Shown: positions 1 to 9,874 of the stretch, piece by piece
How positions within the stretch are numbered: position 1 is the first letter of the stretch
Layout: each line of letters opens with the position of its first letter
Source of the DNA: Nanoarchaeota archaeon SCGC AAA011-G17
GTDB taxonomy: Archaea > Nanobdellota > Nanobdellia > SCGC-AAA011-G17
NCBI GenBank assembly: GCA_000402515.1
Contig: AQRL01000036.1
Location: 4,871-68,870, forward strand
Direction of reading: 5' to 3'
DNA length: 64,000 nucleotides
The notes under the pieces: generated by a model
What the model saw: the letters and a program-made list of their open reading frames with translations, nothing else
What the model was told of the DNA's origin: nothing
Database searches by the model: none
Translations under genes and position numbers: made by a program

Positions 1-418
1 TTTTACTGGTTTTGTAACTGTTTCCCTGTTTCCTGTTCCTTCTACAGGCAATATCTGTGATAGCTGGGCATAATATTCCCCTGGTGCTCTACCACTTGTT
101 GAAAAAAATGCAGTACCTTTTTCATTACAAATATTACATGAACCATGCTCTGTCCTTAAATTTACATTGGCAACAAATTTAGAGCCTAATGGATCTTTTT
201 TATAAATATTCAGAGAAGTATAATATTTTCCACCATTTGGTACAGCTGTAAAGAAAACATTTGCACCCTCAGCTACTTTTGCCGGTGAAACAGTAAGTGT
301 TATTGGATTAGATGAAACTGAATAGCCTGTTGTATCTAATTTTCCTGTGTTATAAAGAGCTAATGATAAAACGAAAACGACTAATATTGTTATAATCCAT
401 TTCTGCTGCATACTATCT
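1..418 (-). CDS. N-terminal part of a secreted/membrane protein (signal peptide MQQKWIITILVVFVLSLALY); gene continues beyond window start
   Basis: Hand translation of minus strand from ATG at 416-418; hydrophobic N-terminus; ORF runs off window so absent from ORF track. Confidence 0.45.
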
Positions 419-434
419 GATTAGTATAATTTAT

Positions 435-1700
435 TTATATATCTTTCGTTTGTATCACGACTTCTTTCTCTGTTATATCTTTTATTTTCTTTGTCAGATT
501 CTGGGAAATATCCTCGATATTCATCGGCTTTTTCTTTTCTAGTTCATTAATTTCATTCTGCAAAGAATTCTTTTTGCTGGTCATGCTGTTTAATTTTTCA
601 TTCAGCACGATTAATGTTTCTTCTATTTTATTTATCGATAATTTTTCCTTTATTGACTGCTGCTCATTTATCAAAGAGGTATATTCAGATAATAAATTTT
701 TCAATGTTTCTTCTGAAATATCTTTTATTGATTCCAGTGTTTTGTCTTTTTTCTCTTCTTTTATGTCCAGCTGGTCATCTATCAATGCAGCTTCTATCTG
801 CTTTAATATATTAAAAATCTTAAAATCTTTATCCTGCTTTAATGCTTTTAATGGATTGTTGATATAGTCCTGAATTATTTCTTCCGGGGATAGTTTGTTA
901 AACTTTCTTAATGATTTATCCAAAGGCAAGAACAAAGCAAGCGCATCTGATTTTAATTTTTCTATTCTGTCTTGCAAGCTCTGATTTTCTTCCTTTAAAT
1001 TATTAAGTTTTTCAAATTCCTCTGTTTTTGAGATTTCTCCTATCTCTTCAAGCATTTTTGACTGTGAAAATTCCAACTGGGCAAACTGCTGCTTTAATGA
1101 GTCTATTTCAACCTGATAATTTTTTTTTATCTGAACTGTATTAAATAATTCTTCTGTTTGTTTTCTTATTTCAATTATCTTGTCTGCATTCTCTTCATGC
1201 AAGAAAAGCTTTATTTCTTTTATATAATCCTCAAGCTCTCTTATTTTTTTTGCTACATTCTCCAATTCATCACCTATAAGATTTTTAGCAACATGAAAGG
1301 ATTTTGTTGATTTCTCAGTAAAGTCTTTCAGGTTTTGCTCAAATTCATAGCAGAACTGCTTTGTTTTTGAAAAAGATAATTCCTCCGGGAGCTTTATTGT
1401 CTCCATGAATATTTTTGTATGCTTAATGTAAGAATTACGATTGTCAAGAATCACGTTGACTATTTTTGGATTCATCTCAGTAATTTTTGCTGTTTTTAGC
1501 TGTGTCAATGCATTATCAAGCTCGGATATTTTCTCTTCAAGCTGCTTAAATAATTCATCCAGTTCTTTTTCTTTCGGCTGAACAAAATTATTTATGTAAT
1601 TAGGAAGCTCAGAATATTCAATATAATCTTTTCTATCTTCTTCTGTTTGTATCTTTCTTTTGAACAGGCTAGTTAACCAGGACATATTTAGATTTACCAA
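435..1700 (-). CDS. Coiled-coil protein (K/E/L-rich heptad-like sequence), function unknown
   Basis: 421-aa ORF, strongly charged and low complexity (IEKLKSD, LEEKISELD patterns). Confidence 0.5.
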   Translation of the reverse strand: MVNLNMSWLTSLFKRKIQTEEDRKDYIEYSELPNYINNFVQPKEKELDELFKQLEEKISELDNALTQLKTAKITEMNPKIVNVILDNRNSYIKHTKIFMETIKLPEELSFSKTKQFCYEFEQNLKDFTEKSTKSFHVAKNLIGDELENVAKKIRELEDYIKEIKLFLHEENADKIIEIRKQTEELFNTVQIKKNYQVEIDSLKQQFAQLEFSQSKMLEEIGEISKTEEFEKLNNLKEENQSLQDRIEKLKSDALALFLPLDKSLRKFNKLSPEEIIQDYINNPLKALKQDKDFKIFNILKQIEAALIDDQLDIKEEKKDKTLESIKDISEETLKNLLSEYTSLINEQQSIKEKLSINKIEETLIVLNEKLNSMTSKKNSLQNEINELEKKKPMNIEDISQNLTKKIKDITEKEVVIQTKDI

Positions 1701-1739
1701 AGAAAGGTATAAAAGGTTATTTATTTTCCATTATACATT

Positions 1740-1985
1740 ATGTATGACTTAGAACTTGATAAGGTTATTGAAAAGATTAAGAAAGAGAAAGCAAAAAGAG
1801 TCTGCATACAATTGGCTGACGGCTTGAAACCAAGAGCAACTGAAATTGCTGATTATATAAAAAAAAGGGTAAATGCCGAAATATTTATATGGATGGACAG
1901 CTGTTTTGGTGCATGCGATGTGCCTGATGTAGATGTTGATTTGCTAATACAATTCGGGCATAACGAGTTTGGGTTTAAAAAATGA
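1740..1985 (+). pseudogene. dph2: N-terminal ~80-aa remnant of diphthamide synthase Dph2 (2-(3-amino-3-carboxypropyl)histidine synthase)
   Basis: AKRVCIQLADGLKPRATEIADYI...FIWMDSCFGACDV...DLLIQFGHNEF matches archaeal Dph2 N-terminus (AKRVLIQxPEGL...YGACD...LIHLGHS). ORF stops after 81 aa; full-length Dph2 is ~330 aa. Confidence 0.6.
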
Positions 1986-2440
1986 GGAAGATAATACTAC
2001 TAATATTATTATTGTATATTTCTGGTTGTTCTATAACTGGAAATGTTATTGGAGAGCCGAAATTAGACGGGCCTTATCTTGTAACAAAGGTAGTTGATGG
2101 TGATACTGCTGATTTACAAGGATTAGGAAGGGTAAGATTCTCAGGGATAAATACGCCTGAAAAGGGAGTCTGTTATTATAGTGAAGCCAAAGAGAAGTTA
2201 ACTAAACTAATTCTAAACAAAGAGGTTTATGCTGAAAAAGACAGGAGTGATAAGGACAAATATGACAGATATTTGAGATATATTTATTTGAATGACACTT
2301 TGGTTAATGGTGTTTTAGTTGAAGGGGGTTATGCAAGAGTTTTCGATAAATACAAGAAAGACACTGGAAGGTATGAGCAGTTGAAGAAGTTAGAAGAAAT
2401 TGCTGTTGAAAATAAAGCAGGTGTCTGGAGCTGCAATTAG
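1982..2440 (+). CDS. Thermonuclease (staphylococcal nuclease, SNase-like) lipoprotein
   Basis: Lipobox LLYISGCS; SNase motif VTKVVDGDTADL...RVRFSGINTPEKG; start overlaps the dph2-remnant stop (ATGA). Confidence 0.75.
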   Translation: MRKIILLILLLYISGCSITGNVIGEPKLDGPYLVTKVVDGDTADLQGLGRVRFSGINTPEKGVCYYSEAKEKLTKLILNKEVYAEKDRSDKDKYDRYLRYIYLNDTLVNGVLVEGGYARVFDKYKKDTGRYEQLKKLEEIAVENKAGVWSCN

Positions 2441-2490
2441 CATATTAAAGAAGAATAAAAGATTTAAACTGGAATAATTTTTATTTTTTT

Positions 2491-2847
2491 ATGGAGGCAT
2501 ATGATTTTGTTATTACAGTATTGGCGCGAAACAGAAGATATTCTAGACTAATTGAAAATAATGGGACTATTAACCATGAATGCCTTTATGAAGATATTAT
2601 AAAATGCCCTCCTGAATTCTTGAAAAAGGTAGGAATAAGAATACATCATATGCATAGATACTCTCCTGCGTTAGATGAAGCATTCTATAATCTTAGTAAG
2701 AATGTTTTAAGAAGATGGGATCCAGGAGCATATTATACCTGGGTTTTTTCAGACACACCAGAAAAATATTTTGAAGAGAAGATAAAGCCAGATCTAAGTG
2801 AAGAAGAAATCAGTGAGATTGAAGATATTGTTAATGCTATAGATTAG
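2491..2847 (+). CDS. Hypothetical protein
   Basis: 118-aa ORF; no recognisable motif. Confidence 0.35.
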   Translation: MEAYDFVITVLARNRRYSRLIENNGTINHECLYEDIIKCPPEFLKKVGIRIHHMHRYSPALDEAFYNLSKNVLRRWDPGAYYTWVFSDTPEKYFEEKIKPDLSEEEISEIEDIVNAID

Positions 2848-4044
2848 CTATTCATATCTAAGTGCATCAACTGGCTTTAGTTTTGAGGCTCTATAAGCTG
2901 GGACTATTCCTGAGATTACTCCTACAAAGAATGCAAACCCCAATGAGAAAATAAATATGTTGAGATTAAACTGAACTTTCAATAATTCAAAGCCTGCTGT
3001 TGCTGCTATAAACCCAACAAAATAAGCCATACCCAGACCAAGCACTGCTCCAATTAATCCTCCTAACAATCCAATTGCTCCTGATTCAATTAAAAAAATA
3101 ATCAAAATATCTGAATTTTTTGCCCCTATGGATTTCATTATTCCAATATCTTTTGTTCTTTCCAAAACAGAGGTGAACATTGCATTTAAAATTCCAATTG
3201 CTCCTACTAATATTGATATTGATGCTATTCCAATAAGAACTGCCTGAACTACACCAAGGATTGTATTAACCTGCGCCTTAAGCTCCTCTGGCGTGATTAC
3301 TTCAAAATCTTCATCATCCCTTGCTCTTTTCAATTCCTTTATTGTTCTTTCTTTTGCCTTTTCCAGTGTTGAGCCTTTTCTCAGATAACCGGCAATTGCA
3401 CTTACTTCTTCCGGCTTGTTAAAAATTTCCCTTCCATCGTCTAAGGAAATCCAGAACATTGTGTCTACTTCTGAAACACCTGTTTTTTTTAAAATTCCAG
3501 AGACCTTAAAATCATAGCCATTAATTTTTATTTTGTTATTAACGCGCATCTCTTTGTCAAATCTCTTATCATCCTTTTCTGTGTATTTGCTACCAACTAC
3601 CACTGCAAACTTTCCTGCTGTCTGGATACTATTACCCTGGGCTACTTCTCTTCCCATCTGTTTCATATCTTCATCAAATGTTTCTTTTGGCACTGCCTGG
3701 ATTGTTCCATACAATTCTTTTTTATTGAATTCGATATTTGCTGGAAGCCATAACATTCCTGCCACTCTTTCAAGGTCCGGAACTCTTGATACTGTTTCAA
3801 CATCTTTTTTTGTAAGACCTTCTGCCCCTAATGGCGGACCTCTAAGCCCTTTAGGCACAATCAGCACTCTATCTGCCCCCATTTGTGAAAATTGGGCTTC
3901 TACAGCATTTTGCAGCCCTTGACCTAATGAATAAAGAGATACAATTGCTGCTATCCCTATTATAATTCCAAGTATTGTAAGCCAAGCTCTTAATTTTCTA
4001 TGAACAATATTTGTTATTACAAGTTTGAATATTCCTATTTTCAT
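2848..4044 (-). CDS. ABC transporter permease, FtsX/MacB family
   Basis: N-terminal TM after HRKLRAWLTILGIIIGIAAIV, large extracytoplasmic domain, C-terminal 3-TM FtsX block (IGIMKSIGA). Confidence 0.8.
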   Translation of the reverse strand: MKIGIFKLVITNIVHRKLRAWLTILGIIIGIAAIVSLYSLGQGLQNAVEAQFSQMGADRVLIVPKGLRGPPLGAEGLTKKDVETVSRVPDLERVAGMLWLPANIEFNKKELYGTIQAVPKETFDEDMKQMGREVAQGNSIQTAGKFAVVVGSKYTEKDDKRFDKEMRVNNKIKINGYDFKVSGILKKTGVSEVDTMFWISLDDGREIFNKPEEVSAIAGYLRKGSTLEKAKERTIKELKRARDDEDFEVITPEELKAQVNTILGVVQAVLIGIASISILVGAIGILNAMFTSVLERTKDIGIMKSIGAKNSDILIIFLIESGAIGLLGGLIGAVLGLGMAYFVGFIAATAGFELLKVQFNLNIFIFSLGFAFFVGVISGIVPAYRASKLKPVDALRYE

Positions 4045-4496
4045 TTTAATACTTCTCTTATTTTTTTAATTTTAATAATGTCCTTTTTTCTTCCTAGTTT
4101 TTCATAGCTCTTGATATGCTCCTTGAGTGGTGTGACGGGAATTTTAATTCCTTCAATAATAATAATTTTTGATAACAAGGCTCTTGAAATCCATTTATCT
4201 TTTATTTTAATCTTAAAATCTCCAACCACTTCTACTTTGGTATTATTGATTTTAAACTCTCCAATATCGGATTTTACAAATTCTGAACTTGAAAATTTCA
4301 TTGGTTTGACTTCAAATTCTTTTAATAAATTGTTTATTTTAAATGCATTTTCTTTGTCAGCAAAGATATCTATGTCTTTTGGATGAACTTTAATCCCTTG
4401 TAAAGCCAAACTTGTGCTACCTCCTATAACATAATCAAATCCTTTTAACATCTTTACCAAGATTATTAGTGTTTTTTTGAATTTTATTGGTAACAT
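4041..4496 (-). CDS. Minimal nucleotidyltransferase-fold protein embedded between the two permease genes
   Basis: YVIGGSTSLALQGIKVHPKDIDIF resembles the GS...DxD nucleotidyltransferase motif; overlaps both neighbours by 4 nt. Confidence 0.5.
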   Translation of the reverse strand: MLPIKFKKTLIILVKMLKGFDYVIGGSTSLALQGIKVHPKDIDIFADKENAFKINNLLKEFEVKPMKFSSSEFVKSDIGEFKINNTKVEVVGDFKIKIKDKWISRALLSKIIIIEGIKIPVTPLKEHIKSYEKLGRKKDIIKIKKIREVLK

Positions 4497-4497
4497 T

Positions 4498-5682
4498 TTA
4501 TTTTCTTAGTGCATCCACTGGTTTTAGTTTTGCTGCCTGACGTGCTGGAAGATATCCTGAGACCAAGCCAACAACGACTGCGAATAATAATCCTCCTAAT
4601 AAGACAAGAGGATTGATTGGGACTTTCAGCATTGCGAATCCAGAGATTTTTGCAATATATTCAACAAGCTTTCCTATCCCCGCTCCAAGAATAATTCCTA
4701 CTAACCCTCCAAAAAATCCCTGTAATCCTGCTTCCACCAAAAAGATTGACAAGATATTTTCATTTCTTGCCCCAATTGATTTCATTATCCCGATTTCTTT
4801 TGTTCTTTCCAGAACATTTGTATACATTGAGTTTGTTATTCCAATTGCTCCGACAATAATTGATATTGCTGCTATTCCAACAAGAACAACTTGGATAACT
4901 CCAAGAATTGTCTGCATCTGCTTTAACACTTGCTCTGGTGTGTATAATTCAAAATTTTCATCGCCTCTTTCTCTTTTTAATTCCTTTTTTATCTTGTCTG
5001 CAACTTCATTAATATCCTTGCCCTGCTTTATTTTTATTTCGGCATAGTGCACTGTTTCTTTTAGATTAAATAAATCACGTGCATCTTCCTCTGGAACCAT
5101 AATCTGATTATCATCTTCAGAACTTCCTATTTCTTCTAAAATCCCATAAACTTCAAATTTTTTATCACTAATCTCCAGCTTGCTGTTAATTCTCAGCACA
5201 AATGGATCAAACATATCTTTTGCTACTTTATAACCTATAATTGCCTTGCCTCTTTCACCACCTGAAAAGAATTTTCCATCAATCAGATTTATATCCATGT
5301 CTGCAAGTTTCTTATCAAGCTTGTCTGTTGAAAGGCCTGCTATTGTTGTGCTTACTTCTTTGTTTGAGAATTTTACTTTCCTATCATAAAAAATAATATA
5401 TGAGTTCACCCAATCAACATCAGGCATTTTCTCTATTAGTTTTATGTCCTTGGTTGTCAGCCCTTGTGTTCCCTGACCAAATGCCCCTTTTGGTGAAAGA
5501 TAAATCCTGCCAGCCCCCATTTTCTGGAATTGCGATTCTATTGAATACTGCAGACCCTGAGAAATAGAAATCAGAGAAACAATTGCTGCAACACCAATAA
5601 TGATTCCAAGAATAGTAAGACTAGTTCTAAGCTTTCTGTGCTTTATGCTTGTAATAGCCAGCTTCAGGTATTCTTTTATCAT
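4498..5682 (-). CDS. ABC transporter permease, FtsX/MacB family (second copy)
   Basis: Paralogous to 2848-4044 (HRKLRTSLTILGIIIGVAAIV...IGIMKSIGA). Confidence 0.8.
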   Translation of the reverse strand: MIKEYLKLAITSIKHRKLRTSLTILGIIIGVAAIVSLISISQGLQYSIESQFQKMGAGRIYLSPKGAFGQGTQGLTTKDIKLIEKMPDVDWVNSYIIFYDRKVKFSNKEVSTTIAGLSTDKLDKKLADMDINLIDGKFFSGGERGKAIIGYKVAKDMFDPFVLRINSKLEISDKKFEVYGILEEIGSSEDDNQIMVPEEDARDLFNLKETVHYAEIKIKQGKDINEVADKIKKELKRERGDENFELYTPEQVLKQMQTILGVIQVVLVGIAAISIIVGAIGITNSMYTNVLERTKEIGIMKSIGARNENILSIFLVEAGLQGFFGGLVGIILGAGIGKLVEYIAKISGFAMLKVPINPLVLLGGLLFAVVVGLVSGYLPARQAAKLKPVDALRK

Positions 5683-5685
5683 CTA

Positions 5686-7068
5686 TCATTCTTTAAGAAA
5701 AGACTTCAATTTAAGCTTTATTCTCTTTGGAAGGGTAATTAGATTCTTTGGATGCAATTGTTTAAGTAATTTAAATACAAAAATCAGTGTTTTTTTTAGT
5801 GTACTCTTTAGTGCTGTTTCAAAATTTCTCAGCCTTCTCCATTCTTTATATAACATATAAATTAAGACTATAACTATTAAATAAAATATTGTAGCTGAAA
5901 GATTAGAGGTTGGCTGCGCTAAACCATATGCTATTGCCTGGCTCTTTGAATACATCGGAAGCTTTACATATTTCGTATCTTCAAATTCCTCATTATAAGC
6001 GGTCTTGTATATTACTTTTAATTTCAGGTCAATTACTTTTGATGTCCTTGCTCTTATCTTGAAATCAACTGTTTCAAAATCATCCGGCTCAAGATTACCA
6101 ATATACGTTCTTGGCGGTGAGACAACATCATACTGATTTGTTGAAACCAATTCTATTGATGAGTATCTTATTTCTGATGCACCGATATTTGAGAAGGCAA
6201 TTATTATATCTCCTACCTGGCCTGCTGTTCCTATCTTTGATTCTTCTAAATCCAGCTGATAATCTATAGGTGCCTCTACAAGAATTCCGGTTTCATAGGT
6301 GTAATTCGAGCCTGTAGAAATCAAGGAACCATCATCATTATAATAATAAATTTCTATTGGGATTTTATACGGCTTGGATTCGATGGTTGGGTTTGCTATC
6401 AAATCAAAAGAAACGGTTTTATTTTTATTTGGCAGAATCCAGGAAATTCTTTTTTCATTTGTTGAACCCACAACTGTAAATCCCTCTGGTGGTTTTACTT
6501 TTACTTCTATATTTCTTGCTGTTGATGATACGATACTTTCAAGATTAATTACTAGAGTGGATATTTGCCCCTGACTTATTCTGTCCGGAATTGTGTAAAT
6601 TAATGGCTCAAGGGATGGCTGGAGAGACTTGACTTCAATATTAAGTGAAACTATTTTTGGTCCGAATTTATAAGAACCCCCTGGATTTAATTCTACTTTT
6701 AGTTCTTGTGAGCCTGATGGGGTTTCTGGATTTACCTTAATATCCTCTATTTTAACAACAACATACTGACCTGGAGGGACTATTCCTGTACTTATTTGCT
6801 GACCTGCGTATGAAAAAGATGAAGATGGAAGAATAGAGACAGACATATCATCTGCTTTCTCTCTTCCTGTATTCTGAATTTTAAGCCATATATCAAAATA
6901 GGTTCCCTGCTGTACTGGATAAGGCTCATATCTTAATGTTGCTATAATAAGATTAGGATTAGACTAGCTAACAACAAGCTCAGAATATTCTTTTGTTATA
7001 TTCTGCTCTATAGCTAGTGATAATGGCGATATAAGCAAAACCATCAACAAATAAATTATTTTTTTCAT
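5686..7068 (-). pseudogene. Secreted CARDB/S-layer-like (COG1361-type) protein with C-terminal TM anchor; signal-peptide exon separated from the mature domain by one in-frame TAG (6964-6966)
   Basis: ATG at 7066-7068 encodes MKKIIYLLMVLLISPLSLAIEQNITKEYSELVVS. TAG is in the same frame as SNPNLIIATLRYEPYPVQQGTYFDIWLKIQNTGREKADD + the 386-aa ORF 5686-6846. Repeated V.N.G..A.NV.V...P.G-type beta-sandwich segments. Confidence 0.5.
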
Positions 7069-7116
7069 AACACCTCTTTACATCTAATGGTCTTTTTATT
7101 TATAAGATTTTGGGTT

Positions 7117-9297
7117 TTATTTCTTTCTTTGCACTATTTTTATTACCTGGCCGTCTTTAAGATAAGCTATTCTTTCTGCATATTTTGTCAGGTCTGGGTC
7201 ATGGGTAATCATTATAATTGTTTTCTTCTCTTCTCTATTGAGTTTCCTTAGAGTTTCCATTACATTTATTCCTGATTGTGAATCAAGATTTCCTGTTGGT
7301 TCGTCTGCTAGTATTACTTCCGGGTCATTTGCAAGTGCGCGTGCAATTGCCACTCTCTGACTCTCCCCTCCTGAATTATGAAGATAAATTCCATGTGTGC
7401 CAATAAATCTATTATTTTCATCTGAGACATCATAAACATATTGTGTCTTATTTATCTTTTTTATTTCTTTTATTTTTACAAAACCAACATCACCCTGAAT
7501 TATTTTTTTGTAATCTTCATGTTTCACCTTAAAAAGGATATAATTTAATAGGCCCTTTTTTATTGAATAATTTCTTTGTATATCCTGCCTCAAGATTGAC
7601 CCAATCCCAGAACATTCTGTTGTAGTAAATAACTTTCTATTTGAATCTATAAATTCAATTAAGTCTTCTTCAAATGGAATGTAATTAGGCAGAATATCTG
7701 TTTTTCCCAAACCATTAACACCAATATTGTTAAAAGTAACATTATATCCCCTTTTGTTTAGTTCCTTAGCAAATATCTCACATTGTTTACCATAAAGACA
7801 TAGTTTGTAGGATTTTCTTCTATCCCTTTGATTTGGAAAATGTGTTTCTATTGCTGGAATATAGCCCAATTGTAGGAATAAGAAATGAAGTTTCTTTGCT
7901 AATATCTCTGAAGTTGTTTTTATAGAAATCTCTCTTCTTTTTTCTTTACCTTTTATTGTTCCTTTCTTCCTATGTGTTCCATCTCCATAAGCTCCTGCTA
8001 AAAATTCTAATTTTAGCTCATTTGAAACGTTGAATAGAATATTTGGGATATTTCTTGAATAACAATTTTCTCCAACCTTAAATATTTTTAGGAAAATTAA
8101 GGAAAGTAGTTTATTGCTTGTCTCTAATTTTATTGTATTGTGCTCTTTTTCTATCTTTTTTCTTATTTTTACTTTAAATATATCTTCGAATATCTTTTTT
8201 ATACTGTTTGCTCTTTCTTTTTCATTAATTCCTAGGGTGAAAGTTATATAGTATCTGCTATTTTTTTGATCGTGCCTTACACAACCTTCTGAAGCAAAAT
8301 CTCCCAAAATCCTACATAAATTTTTATCTATTTTTATTTTAGTTGGGATGGCTTCTTTTAAATGACTTACTTTAAATCTTATTTTATCATTTTTGGTTAT
8401 AATATATTTATATTGTGGTATTTTTTTTAACTCTTTTTTTAAGTCAATAATTTTGTTATCTAAATAGGGATTATTTGGGAGATTCATAGAAATTGGAATT
8501 GTTTCCTCTTTTTTTAAATCTGAAACTTTTTTGGGAAATATCTTTCCATTTTTATAAACAAATATGCTGTGAGATCCTGTACATTCAATACTATAACCAT
8601 ATTCTGTTTTTATTTTGTAGATTGAATTGGATTTATGCCTTATGACTTGTTTTAGGCTGGTGAATATTTGTTTATATTGGTCATTGAATGTTGCTATTTT
8701 TATTGGCTCTCTTACTGTTATTCTTACCCCTTCATTTACATTTGATATTTTTTCAATGTTTTTTGAATTTTTTATTAAACTATCAACAAATTCTCCAATT
8801 TTTATTGGGATTATTATATTATTTTTTTTTACTATAATATATTCATCTTTTCCTACACTTAATTGCGAGGGCAAATGACCAAGTCTTTCTCCCAACCCTA
8901 CTTTTTTTAACAGTTCTGTTGCTCTTTTTTTTCTGTGCTGCTCGGTTGTATCCTGGAAGAGCATTGGAAGCATTACATTTTCTATAGCAGTTAAGCTGGG
9001 GATTAAATTATACTGCTGAAAGACAAAACCAATTTTTCTGCCTCTTATCTGAGCCAGAGTAGATTCTGATAAATGCGCTATGTTATGTTTATCTAGATAG
9101 ATATTTCCTTTTGTTGGAACATCTAAACAACCAATTGAGTTAAGCATTGTTGACTTTCCTGATCCAGAGGGACCAAAGACCATTAAGAATTCTCCCTGTT
9201 TTACTTCAAGATTAACACCTTTTAAAGCAGGAACTTCTACTTCACCTATCTGATATATTTTTTCTACATTATCCAATTTTATTATTATATTAGTCAT
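7117..9297 (-). CDS. ABC transporter ATP-binding protein (MacB/LolD-like) containing an intein
   Basis: Walker A GPSGSGKST, Q-loop, then PSQL|S...HN|SGGESQRVAIARALANDPEVILADEPTGNLD; exteins sum to ~231 aa, the normal size of an ABC ATPase. Confidence 0.85.
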   Translation of the reverse strand: MTNIIIKLDNVEKIYQIGEVEVPALKGVNLEVKQGEFLMVFGPSGSGKSTMLNSIGCLDVPTKGNIYLDKHNIAHLSESTLAQIRGRKIGFVFQQYNLIPSLTAIENVMLPMLFQDTTEQHRKKRATELLKKVGLGERLGHLPSQLSVGKDEYIIVKKNNIIIPIKIGEFVDSLIKNSKNIEKISNVNEGVRITVREPIKIATFNDQYKQIFTSLKQVIRHKSNSIYKIKTEYGYSIECTGSHSIFVYKNGKIFPKKVSDLKKEETIPISMNLPNNPYLDNKIIDLKKELKKIPQYKYIITKNDKIRFKVSHLKEAIPTKIKIDKNLCRILGDFASEGCVRHDQKNSRYYITFTLGINEKERANSIKKIFEDIFKVKIRKKIEKEHNTIKLETSNKLLSLIFLKIFKVGENCYSRNIPNILFNVSNELKLEFLAGAYGDGTHRKKGTIKGKEKRREISIKTTSEILAKKLHFLFLQLGYIPAIETHFPNQRDRRKSYKLCLYGKQCEIFAKELNKRGYNVTFNNIGVNGLGKTDILPNYIPFEEDLIEFIDSNRKLFTTTECSGIGSILRQDIQRNYSIKKGLLNYILFKVKHEDYKKIIQGDVGFVKIKEIKKINKTQYVYDVSDENNRFIGTHGIYLHNSGGESQRVAIARALANDPEVILADEPTGNLDSQSGINVMETLRKLNREEKKTIIMITHDPDLTKYAERIAYLKDGQVIKIVQRKK
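7375..8859 (-). mobile_element. Intein (495 aa) with LAGLIDADG homing-endonuclease domain, inserted between L and SGG of the ABC signature motif
   Basis: Begins with Ser (SVGKDEYIIV...), ends ...GIYLHN followed by S; two LAGLIDADG motifs (LCRILGDFASEG, LEFLAGAYGDGT); extein junction reconstitutes LSGGE. Confidence 0.8.
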
Positions 9298-9434
9298 TAT
9301 CTCTCAAGGGTTTAGAAAGTATAAATAGTTTATGGTAAATCTAGAGCATATTCAAGAACCAGGAATTATATAATCCATGGAAGTTTCATAAAACTCAGAA
9401 AAAATATCTTCTTTTTTTCCAAAAATAATATTTT

Positions 9435-9800
9435 CTATTCTTCAATCCCCTCTTTTACAATTCCTCCAGCAAGATAGTTTACCCCTCCAACTACCATAAG
9501 AACTACAGAAGGGATATAAAATGATTTTACAGTTAAACTACCAAAACTATGATGCTCCTCTTCTTTTAAGAAAGCACTTAGTTTGGAGGGAATTATTTCA
9601 ATGATGGAGCCGGTCCTAGCAGTTATTAAAGCTGTTGCTTGGAATGGCAAACCTACAATGTCAGAAATCCTTGGAGTATAATAGCTTAGTCTCTCAACTT
9701 GTCTTCCTAATCTTGTATTATTGATAGACTGTCCTATTCCAGAGTTATTTCCAAAGTATTTATTATCAAATACAGGTTGCATTAAATAACTAAATTTCAT
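9435..9800 (-). CDS. Hypothetical protein at the head of the ABC operon
   Basis: 121-aa ORF, hydrophobic C-terminus. Confidence 0.35.
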   Translation of the reverse strand: MKFSYLMQPVFDNKYFGNNSGIGQSINNTRLGRQVERLSYYTPRISDIVGLPFQATALITARTGSIIEIIPSKLSAFLKEEEHHSFGSLTVKSFYIPSVVLMVVGGVNYLAGGIVKEGIEE

Positions 9801-9874
9801 ATTCTTAGGAAGAACATTTATTTTTTAAATTTTATGGTAAGGCTTAAAAATGCAAAGTTATTGGAGTTTATTAA

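Noticed and set aside
574-867. Plus-strand ORFs (574-867, 614-814) inside the minus-strand coiled-coil gene
   Set aside because: Low-complexity shadow ORFs antisense to a longer coherent ORF. The same applies to 3533-3922, 4111-4386, 4613-5047, 6374-6574, 8627-8878, 22236-22660, 24133-24780, 28474-29592, 36382-37132, 50108-50812, 51636-52001, 52489-52753.
6964-6966. Genetic-code reassignment of TAG (for example pyrrolysine or a sense codon)
   Set aside because: TAG clearly terminates other well-defined genes here (thermonuclease at 2438-2440; ORF 2491-2847). Conserved genes such as proS, aglB and trxB-like are full length with standard stops. Local nonsense mutation, read-through or sequencing error is more likely.
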